From the NCBI GenBank assembly GCA_031835245.2, contig JAVKOQ020000093.1, forward strand, positions 124,001-180,945: DNA of 56,945 nucleotides, read 5' to 3'. The DNA is from Balamuthia mandrillaris (Eukaryota). Below the pieces are notes generated by a model that saw only the letters and a list, made by a program, of their open reading frames with translations, searched no databases and had not been told where the DNA came from. The position numbers and the translations under genes were made by a program. This document shows, in pieces, positions 24,982 through 41,767 of this stretch; position 1 is the stretch's first letter; each line of letters opens with the position of its first letter.

Positions 24982-25806
24982 AGTTGTTGCCAAGAGGGCT
25001 CCAGACGAAAGTTTCCTTGCCGGTCAAAGACAGTGATCCATGTTTTGGTTGTGGAGCCGACTTCCATTGCTCGCAACGCTATGATCTCGTTGGTGTCAGG
25101 TACAAGCTTCATGGAGGTGAAGCCAGCTTCGGGAAGGAGCGGACCCACTCGCACCGACTCAACTTGGGAAAAGTCTTCACTGGCCATCAGTAGCAGGTTA
25201 GTGGCCATCCTCTCATCCGTGGCTTCGTCGTACGAGATGTTCTCACTAGCTTTGCGTGGTAGGAAGAGCCACTTGCGAAGGCCTGGATGCCATTCCACTG
25301 CTTCGTGGCTGGTGGTGTTGTGAACAAAATTTTTGTTGTCAGTTTAGGGGAAAATGACAGAGAATGAGAGAGAGGGAGAGAGAGAGAGAGAGAGAGAGAG
25401 CAAGAGAGCGAGATAGAGAGAGAAACAGATAAGTAATACCTTAGGTATCCAGGATAGGTTGTGTTGGTATGTTGACGAAGGGCTTGATAATTGGCGCCCC
25501 AGTCATAATTGTTGATGTGCCCATTCTTGTCCACTGTTTTGACCCACTGCGGATTGTAATGCACCATTTTCTGGCGAAGGGGGACATTTTTATTAATTTT
25601 GGCACATTTGATAACAAAGAGAAACTGAAGAGGAGAAGTGAGTACCCCATCTACCACCCATTCCTTGCCTATGGAACCGAGATAAAGCAAGTCATCCTTT
25701 ACAGTAGCCCACTCTGTTTTGAAGGGTTTTGGTTCTTTGCCATTACCGTCAGCCAATGCGTGCCGTTGAAACATTCTCGAGTCGGAAATTTGATAGACCT
25801 TCATAG

Positions 25807-25841
<35 letters not shown>

Positions 25842-26698
25842 GAATAAGTGAGAAAGAGAGAGAAAGAGAACGAGAGAGCATACAATGCCAGTGTAGTCAC
25901 ACATAGCAAGCAATTTGCCCTTAAACTTTGCCAGTTCGCTGAGCTCCATGGAACGATTCTTGTGAGCGGTGCTGGAGGTAAGGCGAATAGTGTCCTCCCA
26001 CTGAATGGTGAAGTTGGCACGTGCGTTTCTTATAAGCAGCCCTTTCTGAGGCCAACGAACAAGCGCTCATCAGTAACAGAATACAAAGCAGGTTCGAAGC
26101 ACATGAATGAACAAGGATACCATGTAACACCACGCAAAGAAGAGCAAAAGAAGACTCAGAGAAGACCAAAAGGGAAGAAAACCTTCATGAACGCGTGCCA
26201 AACAAATTCTTGAGGGTCCCGACTGAGTTTATCAAGGTCAGTCACAATAGCAAACGGGTACTGTTGAGGCATCGGCCGGTTCTGCCCTTCCTCCGTTACA
26301 CCTGGTTCTTCTTCTTCTTTCTGTTCCTGTTCGTGCTCATCGGGGAGCGTGAACGCCCAAAGCTCTTCTTCCGTTGATGGGTCCTGTTCTTCCCTTTGAC
26401 AAGAACAGGAATGGTTGTTCCGGGCAGCGAAGAACGGGAGGTGTGTAGCAAGAAGAGCCCCTAACAGAAACAGCAGCGACGCGGCCACCGCCAATGAGGG
26501 CCACCGCCACATCACGCCTGGCCCATCGTGCGTTCGTTGTGCTGGCCGAATGTTAGCGGTGGAGGAGCAATAGGTAGTAGCGCAAGCGGCGGCGGCGGTG
26601 GTGGTAGTAGTAGTTGCATGATGGCCGCGGCTACGTCTTTTAGCCCTCTGCTGCTTCTGCTTCTGCGGGCGGCTGCTCTCTTCCTCCTCTGCTTTCAT
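24814..26698 (-). CDS. CANT1: Calcium-activated nucleotidase / apyrase (CANT1-like), type II membrane; multi-exon
   Basis: FAIVTDLDK, MELSEL..FKGKLLAMCDYTGIV, LADGNG...FKTEWATVKDDLLYLGSIGKEW, YPGY..HEAVEW, WLFLPRKAS, GFTSMKLVPDT. The last exon reads VSPDTKYEGLAFL*. Confidence 0.92.
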
Positions 26699-26986
26699 GG
26701 CTTTCCCCCAACCAACCAACTGGCTTCAGCCCCTCCACCTATTAGATTGGATGCTCATAGAGTGCATTTAGGTTAATTGCTTGAGGGGTAGTTCTGCAGG
26801 ACATGGAAAAAATATGCCGTCGTTCGCCCCCCGCATCAAAGTAGCGGCGCCTCCCCTCTGCAGCACACCCACCCAGAGCTTAGTGCCACCCACCCACGCA
26901 AAGCTTTGTTTTTTTTGTTTTTGGTTGTTTTGTTGGCCGTAAAAAAAAGAGAGAGAGAAGAGACAAAAAAAAAAAGGGGGGGAAAG

Positions 26987-27492
26987 ATGTTGAGGAGCGG
27001 ACTGAACAGGGGCAGCGGGTTGTTGCAGAACAGCAGCGTCAATGCTGCTGCCATGAGAATGAACTACGCCACCGCTGCCGGTAAGCAGAGCAGCAAAGGC
27101 GGCTTCTTGGCCTCTCTCCTCAAGTCTTACACTCCAGGAGTTGATGGCTACCAACAGTATGGTACTTTTTTATTTTTTTTTTGAATTCCATCCATTCTCT
27201 TCTTTTTTTTTTTGCATCTTGCAATCTGACCCCCTTTTTTCGGGCAGGTTTGTTGCCGGACGATCTCATCAACGCAGAGACGGACGAACTTCAAGAAACA
27301 CTGCGCCGACTTCCCAAAGATGTGCTTGACAAGAGACAAGCCCGCATCAAGCGCGCTCTTGACCTTAACATGAAACAGTACGAGCTGCCGGAGGAGGAAT
27401 GGACCCGTCCTGAAGAGGAGGTGCCCTACTTGGAACCCTACCTCACTGAGGTTCACCAAGAATTCCAGGAGAGGCGTGACTTCCGAAAGTAA
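26987..27492 (+). CDS. QCR7: Cytochrome bc1 complex subunit 7 (14 kDa); 2 exons
   Basis: GYQQYG|LLPDDL..E...ETLRRLP....RQARIKRALDLNMKQYELPEEEWT..EEEVPYLEPYL. Intron 27162-27247. Confidence 0.93.
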
Positions 27493-27588
27493 TCCCCTTT
27501 GTTTTCCCTTTTAAACTAAACTCCTACAGTAGTTCGTTCTTAATTTATCCTTCACTGTTCCTTCTTTTGCCAGGTTTTATTCTTTTTT

Positions 27589-27637
<49 letters not shown>

Positions 27638-27872
27638 TCTCTTCACTTCACTTCTTCTCTTCTTCGTCGTTCTCATTCCTCTCCTCACCGCTTTTGTGTT
27701 TGGAGTTTTGTGGAGATCACCACGACTACCACCGCTATCACGTCTTTGAGCGTGCGGTGGGTAGCACGGGAAGCGATAGCGATGATGGTGCGCTTGGTCA
27801 GGGCGATGAGGAGCTCCTTCTAGGCCTTTTATGTCTGGTTACGCCATGACTTCCGAAAACAACCGTCATCAT

Positions 27873-29711
27873 TTACTTCTGGTGGGTGTTGCGCTGTTGC
27901 TGTACACGAGACTGACGACGGCGACGACGATTACGACGACGCCGAAGTTGCTGTGGATGAGGAGAGGACCTGCTGCTGGTAGATGAGGATGCCCGGCAAA
28001 CTGCAACCTGATCCTTTGCATCAGATTCATCAGCGGCGGCATCAGGTAGTTGGTCTGCTCTTTTACGTTTGTGTGTGAAGGCAGACGGAGAGGAAGAGGA
28101 AGACGAGGGAAGGGAATGAGATATTGGAGGTAGGTCGGTTGTAGAGGGCGTGCAGGGTGGAAGCCACCCCAAGTCGATGACTCTCTGGCCCTGAACGTCG
28201 TACTTGCGGGCCTTGAACCACGACTTACGGGTGGTGGTGTCCAGTCTCGTTTGGAGCGTGCGGTGACCCTTCTGAGATATCTCCCTGGATATCTGGTTTG
28301 ACAAATCCGCGATGCGAGCATGTAAAGACTCCTTCTTCTTCATCTCCTCCTCCGAGGTGCCTGTCTCGTAGTGTCTTTCGAAAGAGGAGGAGCAGTGCTT
28401 CTCCAGGTATCGTTTTAGGATGAGCACTTCAGCAGCACAGTCATAGCAGTGGTCCAAGCCAGCCACAACTTCTTGGTCTTGTGGCTGCTGTTGGTGGGTG
28501 GTAAGGCCGTGTTGGTAATAGCTCACTCTGGTGGCGGTATTGAAGTAAAACATTTGGTCACAGTACTGCAGGTTATCGTAGTGGGTGTATTCCAGCACGT
28601 CCCGCACAACTAGGCGAGACTCAGTGGTGGTCTGCGGACCCCACACAGGCAGGTAGAGCTCTCCCTTCAGATAGCGGTAGTGGCCTTCCCGCCATGGCAA
28701 TCTAAACTTTAGCATGCTGGCCTTTGGTCGTAGCACTTCCACCTTGCAACAACAACATCATAACACAAACACAATAAGAGCTTGTGAGTGCTTCTTGTGG
28801 ATGGAAATGGTTAGCCAGTTAGTTACCCATTCCATTTGCATGCCCATGTCACAAGCTACACTCGCTTCCACCTCCTCTTCGGTCATGACTCTGGGGTCCA
28901 CCGTTCTTACGTCGCTAATGAAGAGGAGTGTCTCTCCCTTCTCCATCAGCTGCTCTCTCAACTGCACGGCCACCTCCTTGGTGAAGAAGCGCTGGTGGAG
29001 GAGGATCCTTTCCGAAGGGACCACATTAAACTCGGCCGGGTCGTAGAGAAGGAAGCGCTTCACTTGGGGGAAGAGCCTCGCTAAGTAGGGGAGGTGAGTG
29101 CCAGGAGCAGCACCCACATAGAGCACAACCACCTTCTGCTCTTCCTCCCCATGCTGCTGAGCAATAAGGTGCTCCGTAAGGAACTCGATCTCGGAGAGGA
29201 GCAACTTTCTTTGTCCCCAGTGGTTAACGGTTCTCAGGTGGTGAGGGATCTTCCAGTATTTGCGTTGCGGCGCATCGCGTCGCAGCACACGCTGGAGCTC
29301 CTCCAACGGGTACACCGTAAACTTGCCGTTGAGGTATTTGCCCTGAACAACACCAGCATAACAGTCATTCCCCAGGTTCTCGAGAAGAAGGATAAGAGCG
29401 GGAGCTGCATGGTGCAGCTTGCTACCTGTTCTAAATGGGGTTCGGCAGCAAAGTCAATCTCTTCCGGTGAGAGCTGCTGTTTGCATGCATTGTAATGACG
29501 GGCACGGCATGCCCATGGGCAGCAGCAGCGTAGAAAAAACATGTGGAAGCAACGTTAAAAAAAAAACCAAAAGATTTCAAAAAAAAAAAAAAAAGAAAGA
29601 AAGAAAAGGGCAAGTAAGTGGCCGCACAGTGGAGAGGAGCTTCCCGGGTGTCCCCTCCCCTTCCTCCCCTTGCTTCTCTTGGGTGTGGGGCGCCGCCGCA
29701 GCAGCAGCCAT
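27873..29711 (-). CDS. Cap-specific mRNA 2'-O-methyltransferase of the poxvirus VP39 / poly(A)-polymerase regulatory subunit family; multi-exon
   Basis: HWGQRKLLLSEIEFL, VLYVGAAPGTHL, LFISDVRT, SMLKFRLPW, YLPVWGPQTTTESRL, DHCYDCAAE. The start codon is inferred through two small introns. Confidence 0.88.
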
Positions 29712-29937
29712 GATGGGTCTGCTATATATATATAGACCGCCTTGCCTGGGTCTTTTTGCCTGTGCAGCTTTGTTTCAGGACGTCGTGAACATGGGTTCCT
29801 TTTTGTCGACAAAATAAACCAACAAAAAAAAAATAAGAAAGAAGAAGGAAAGAAAGAAAGCAGTAGAAGAAGCAGAAGGGAAGCAGCAGGAAAAAGGGAG
29901 TGACTTTGCGAACGCTCAAGGCTTTTTTTTTTTTACA

Positions 29938-30484
29938 ATGAAGAGGAAGGGGAGCAATAGTACTGGCAGGGGTGGCGGCGGTACTAGGAGCAACTCGCGA
30001 GGAAACAAAAATAAATTGTGGGAGAAAGAAGAGCCGATGGAAGTGCCGGAAGAAAAAGAGGAGGAAGACGACGTGGAGGAGGAGGAAGAAGAGGAAGATT
30101 ATGGTGATGAGGAGGAGGAGGAGGAGGAAAATGGGGAGGAAGAAGAGTACGACGATGAAGAGGAAGCACAAGCAGGGCCGAGGCCACAGAAAAGAGCGCG
30201 TGCGTACGCTCCGCCTTCGCACGATGAACTGACCGATTTGAAGGAGACGGAGCAACTTTACAAGTCCAACCTTTTCCGGTTGCAGGTAAGTACTTAGACA
30301 CCCCTCTGTTCTTTTTTTTTTCGGGGCTTTGTCACTCTTTAACACTGGAACCTGCGTTGGTTGCTCAGATGGCGGAACTGTTAGCCGAAGTACGAGTCAA
30401 TCGAGAGAAGACCAAAGTGGCCGAGTATTTGGTGCACAAGCTCCGGAAGACCTTGGAGGCATTGCCCCGCTTTGAGGTACTTTT

Positions 30485-30528
<44 letters not shown>

Positions 30529-33500
30529 CGTATTTTGTGCTGATGGTGCTGGTGGACTAGGTCACATGGAGTGACGCTAAGGAATTACAAAGCTTGAAGA
30601 GCATACCGATTGCTGCGGAGGAGGCTCAACGTATTAAATTTACATTCGCTCCTCCAAAAACCTTTGCTGTGGTCGGAAGCTACATGCTGCAGACCTTAGC
30701 CCGGCCTAACCTCAACATCGACCTCGCCTTTGAGCTTCCCCAGGTTTATTTTCATTTCTCTCTCTTCTCTCTTCTCTCTTCTCTCTTCTCTCTTCTCTCT
30801 TCTCTCTTCTCTCTTCTCTCTTCTCTCTTCTCTCTTCTCTCTTCTCTCTTCTCTCTTCTCTCTTCTCTCTTTCTCTCTTCTCTCTTCTCTCTTCTCTCTT
30901 CTCTCTTCTCTCTTCTCTCTTCTCTCTTCTCTCTTCTCTCTTCTCTCTTCTCTTCTCTCTTCTCTCTTCTCTCTTCTCTCTTCTCTCTTCTCTCTTCTCT
31001 CTTCTCTCTTCCTCAAAAGCAAAGGATAACATGTTTATATGGGGACTTTATTAGGGGTTAGTAAGACGTAAGGACGTGCTCAATCATAGGTATAGTTGGA
31101 AGCGAGCGGCATATATGGAGCTGGTGGGCCGCCATTTGAAGAAAGAAAGCAACTTCGAGGAGGTGGAGGTTGAGGCATTTGCAGGAGATCCACAAAAGCC
31201 GGTGTTGGTGATACGTCCTAAAACCACGAAGCAGGATGGGGCGTCATGGGCTAACCTGAAGACAAGCTTTGTGATAAGGCTGCTGCCACAATTGCCCGCC
31301 ACCGCGTTCAAGCCACTTGCTCGACTCTCTCCTGATCGCAGTAACATCCACGTGAGTGCCACTACCACTACAAACACGGGAAATGTAGAAGACAAAGATG
31401 AGGATGACGAAGAAGAGCGCGAGGACGGAGAGGCGACACTGCCGACTCCTCTGTACAACAACAGATTGCTGGAGGACATGCGCTACCAACACCACCAGCA
31501 GTTGCTCCATCGTTATCTAACTACCGCTACTAGTCTTGCTGATGCCATAATTCTCTTCAAGGTATGCAATTGCTGTACTTTTATCTGTACTTTGTAATTT
31601 ACCATTGTCTGTAACAGGTTTGGCTGAAACAACGAGGAGTGCTAGATGTGGCTGATTCTCTCAATGGCTTTCAAGCCTCAATGCTTACGGTTTATCTCCT
31701 ACAAAGCAACCACCTGACCAATCACATGAGTGCTTACCAATTCTTCCGTGCAATATTGCTATGGCTTGGTTACTATCTCTTCATTGTATCTTTGAGATCT
31801 TATTTTCTGACTTTTCGAAACAGCGAACGATACAACGTTCAGTCAAAAAGGCATCGCTTTACACCCATCCGATGGTGCCCTCTCTGGACCGCAGGTATTA
31901 CTGGTCTTCTATTCGCGCTTATAATGTTGCCCTCTCATTGACCAACGCTGTATCCCTCAATGATTTAGCATCTGGCACTGTTTAGTAAGGCTTACGAAGT
32001 AGTTTTTTTAGATGACTCGGGCCTGCTCAACATAACCGCTCGTATGTCCAAAGATGCCTTGGCTGAGGTACTATTGCCCACTCTTCACCTATGACGTATG
32101 GAGACTCAAGTCTCCTTATTTCTATCACGCAGCTGCAAAGAGAAGCTAAACAAAGCATCGACTATTTTGAAGAAGGAGAACGAAGTTTCGATGCTGTGTT
32201 CATGAGTGCAGTGCCTTTTCACTTGCGTTATGATCAATACGTCCAGTTAGTACATTCTCCCTCTTTCTTACATTCCCCCTCTTTCTCTTCCTCTTCCTCT
32301 TCCTCTTTCTCTCCAACCTCCTTATCTTTAAGCTAGAAACGCTATGATTAGACTTTGGGTTGTCAATGTTATTCTCTTACACTCTGTTAATCTGTGCTAC
32401 TTGCGCCTTATATCTTTTTATCTCTTTTCATTAGCATTATATTGCCAGCATGCAGCGAGAAGGAAGAGGACAAGACCCACCTTCTAGACAAAGAATGGCC
32501 AATCTATCTCTGTCATAACATAATGTCAGTCCTACAGCGAGGCTTGCAACAACGACTTTTCTCTTTGCGGGCTCCTCGTGCAAAACCAGCTGCCTATCCT
32601 CTCGCTGACAAGCCACAACAGGTAATTATTGTTTGAGTTTATTTGTATGTTAGATATATCTTATTTACACTACATTAATTTTATCAATGCATCCTCGAAG
32701 GCTACACTTTCGTACGGAAAAAGCATAACGGTTGGCTTTGCTCTTGACCCAGCAACAGCATCCCGTATTCTTGATATGGGTCCAGCTGCTGATCAAACCG
32801 AAGCGGTACTCCTCTACCTTCTCTCTTTGCATCTCTATCCACCTCCCTGTCTCTGCTGCGTGCTAATACTAAGAATGGTAACGGTGAGCAGGCTGCCGAA
32901 TTTAGGAGGTTCTGGGGACCCAAATCAGAGTTGCGCCGTTTCAAAGATGCAAACATCAATGAAGTGTTAGGTACGTGTACTTCTGTTTTTTATCACTTTC
33001 TGTCAATTGCATTATTTTGCTAACATGTGTTGCTTATGTCATCACCATGTTCAGTGTGGGAATGTGACGGAGGAGCGCGTCATACGATATTGCGACAAAT
33101 GGTGGAGTACTTGCTAGAACGCCACTTCTCTATTCCTTCCTCTTCTGTTCTCTATATAGTAGATCAACTGGATTCCTTAATTAATCGCCACGGCTCAAGT
33201 ACTGCCTTCTTTACCTTCTAATTCTATTTGTTATTTGATAAATTAACTGATATAATGCCAACAAACAAAAAAAAGCACGGATAGTGGATACATCTGCCAG
33301 TATCATCACTTCGTTTGATCGACTGGCCCAACAACTACGAGAGGTAGCTGCTTCATCGATGCCGCTCGCCATTGCGGATGCGCACCCCATCAGTCCTGCT
33401 TTCCGTTTCACAGATGTATTTCCACCACAGCCGACTCCTCTGGCGATGCCAAAGGATGACGAAGTACAAACCAATAGGAGAAATAAAAAGCACAGGACCC

Positions 33501-35274
33501 ATAACAAGACAAAGAAGCAGCAGCAACCGGCGTCATCCCCATCATCCGCTCTTTTCAAGGGTGCACTTTGCGTGCAGCCTTTAGAAGTGGTGCTTGATGT
33601 ATGTTTTTAACCAGACCCTCTTATCTGCTCAACTCCTAACTCACCTTTACTGAAATCAACACTAGTTGGAGGGAAGCTCAGCGTGGCCTAATGACTTGCA
33701 AGCCATTCGTCAACTCAAAGCAGCATTTTATATCAAGTTGGCTCAAAGGTAGAACCCTCTTACATTCTGCATCCAATAGTTGCGCTTCCGTTCCTTACCA
33801 AATTCGTTTTAAAGCGTGGAGGAAAACTATGGCTATAAGTGCACACCTACCCCCGAGTTTGTGGATGTGCAATATGAAGGCTACGTTTTCCGTCTGTATA
33901 TTCAGCAAGCTCGCGAAAAGGCACTTCTGAAGAAGCAAAAGGGTATGTTGCGGTTTTGCTGTCCTCAAGTATTTATTTGACCTAATCATACCTCCAAAAA
34001 CAGCTGAAAGCGGTTTGGGTAGGCTATTTGAGAGTTGCTTGCGTAAGTCAGTGCATGCAAGTTCTATGCTGGGCTTTGCAAAGCGCTATCCATCTTTCGG
34101 ACCAACAGCCCGCCTGGCAAAGCGTTGGTTGCATTCGCACATGTTCAGCGGATTCTTTAGTGACGAAGCAGTCGAACTCATTGTGGCTTCGCTTTGGCTA
34201 AACCCACGACCCTTCTCTCCGCCAGCCTCCCCCTTGATTGCTTTCATGCGATTTCTCCACCTTTTGGCTTATTTTGACTGGGAGCACACGCCGCTCGTGG
34301 TCGACATTGATAACGAGATAACAGCAACCAAGAGGAAGGATATAGAAGCTAACTTTGAGCAATGCATGGGTGGCGTTACAGGTGAACCTAAATTCCCAGA
34401 CATGGCCCTCTTTGTGGCTACCCCCTCTGATAAACACAGCAAATGGACGCAACATGCCCCTTCAAAGCAGATCTTCCATAGGGCAGTAGCCTACGCCCGT
34501 CGTTCCTTGCAACATTTCAGTACTATCATTGGCTGTGCTGACAGCAAGCCCAAACAGTGGAAGGTAAACTTTGGTGGAGTTAATGTGTTTAATATGGAAG
34601 ATGGTGGTTAATGCTAGCTTGTTCTCCCTCTGCTGCAGGTCCCATTCCGCACCCCATTGCAACCATTTGATGTGTTGATCCATTTGAGAGACGAATCAGA
34701 AATCATCAGAGAAGAGCAAAACTTGGCCTCGTTGCCTCCGTCCTCCAAATACCGCAAACCGGCTGTCCCTGACCAGCAGGGACCCGGTCAGCTTTATGCG
34801 GGCCTTTCCTTGTTGGACTGCTATCTGAAAGATTTGCGACTTCGCTTCGGGGATTTAGCCGTTTTTTTCCACAACCAGCTGCAAAGCGATCTTGTTGGCG
34901 TTGTATGGAAGCCATCCGCTTTTGTCCCACAACCACTCGTGGCCAAAAATGCACACCATTCCATGCCTCTCCCCACCTCCTCTTCTTCTGCTCCAGAGAA
35001 GGAAGATGCACAAACTTCCACCAGCGCTAAAACAAGCAAAGCGAACAAGGGCAGCTCCTCTTCTTCGGATAATGCTGTCAACTACGTAATCCCAAACGTC
35101 TTTGAAATATTGCTGGAGTTCAAGACGGTAGGGAAGGGCCTGGTCCAGCGGATCGAGGTCAACCATGCCTCTCCTCTTCCAACCACTGCAGGTACACGTG
35201 GCAGCCCGTTACAAGCACCAACTGGCAAAGTTACCACCCAGCTCAAGCAGCGGAAAAGTGCTTCCCATCACTGA
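29938..35274 (+). CDS. NOL6: Nucleolar protein 6 / Utp22 (Nrap family); multi-exon
   Basis: LKETEQLYKSNLFRLQ..ELL, VVGSYML...NIDLA, LNHRYSWKRAAY, PTPLYN, FRRFWG.KSELRRFKD, LEGSSAWP, RLAKRWLHSHM, FLHLLAYFDW...PLVVD. Confidence 0.95.
30757..31010. repeat. Pure-pyrimidine TTCTC/TTCTCTC compound repeat in a NOL6 intron
   Basis: About 250 bp containing only C and T on the sense strand. Confidence 0.95.
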
Positions 35275-35441
35275 GAGCTTTGTTGAGGGCAAGGCTGGAG
35301 CCTTTTTATCATTGCATGCTCCATGATTCTATTGAGCAAATAAACAAGTACAATGTTGTGGAGAATAAACAGGCTGAAGAGGTTGAGAAAGCGGGAGGTG
35401 GCGCCAAGATCACAAGATGAAACGAAAAATCGTGCGATAAG

Positions 35442-40752
<5,311 letters not shown>

Positions 40753-41065
40753 GTTGTTGTTGTTGTTGTTGTTGTTGCTGCTGCCAGTATTATTAATTTT
40801 ATCGGTTTGACAGGGTCAATTCGGTTGTTTGTGGCGCCCAGTGGGGAGTGTGTTGGGCTATAAACTTGTCACTAATCTCCAGAGGCAGCAGCAGCAGCAG
40901 CAAGGCACAAACCACTTTGACCGGTAGCTACCCCCTGCTAACAAATAACCGTTGAACTCGGCCGCTCCCTCCCCTTCTCTCTCTCTCTGGTTTTCGGCGG
41001 CGTTGTGTCATCCAATTTTAGCCCCAAAGAGCACCCCTCAACCATTACCCATAAAATTAAGCAGA

Positions 41066-41098
41066 TAACCCTAACCCTAACCCTAACCCTAACCCTAA
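41066..41098. repeat. Interstitial telomeric repeat (TAACCC)5TAA
   Basis: Five perfect TTAGGG units on the minus strand, lying between the divergent CYFIP and LRR genes. Confidence 0.92.
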
Positions 41099-41163
41099 TT
41101 ATCCCAAACGAGGTGGGGTTTGTTGTTGCGCATTGCTTCCCTCTCGCGCGAGCAGCTCACAAG

Positions 41164-41736
41164 ATGGAGGAAGAACGGGCGGGACCCTCTCTGGTGGGGC
41201 TTTGCGTGCATGCCATTACCGCTGCCACCAACTGGCTGAAGCACTGGCAACCGATTGCCACAAACGCGGGGCCAATGATTACCACCCACGCAAGCAGCAC
41301 AACCACTGCCGCTCTCACTGGCAGCGCGTGCCGCAGGTTTCAACGCGAAGCAGCGCTATTTGGGATGCTGCCCTCTGAGTTGCGTGTCAATATCCTCTCC
41401 CAGCTCCTTCGCAAGAGCCTACTAGATTACCTCTCCATTGCATATTTCATCCAGCCCAACGTCGTCTCCTTGAAACTATCAGGTAGCGCAAAGCACCGCT
41501 TATTCTCCAGTGCTCTCTCTGCATTAACCATGAACTACACCCACAAACAACAGGCGGTGGCTCTACCATCACTGACTACACTATCAGCCGCATAACTACC
41601 ACTTGCACCAACCTCACTTCCTTAAGTTTGTACTCCCTCTCAAATGTATCTCCCAACGCATTGGTGAACCTCTTGCAGGTTAGACTCTCCTTTCTCTCGC
41701 TTTCATCTCTCTCTCTCTCTCCCTCTCCCCCCTTCC

Positions 41737-41767
<31 letters not shown>

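Noticed and set aside
30696..31061. ORFs of REKREER / SLLSSLF repeats
   Set aside because: Translation of the pyrimidine repeat in a NOL6 intron.
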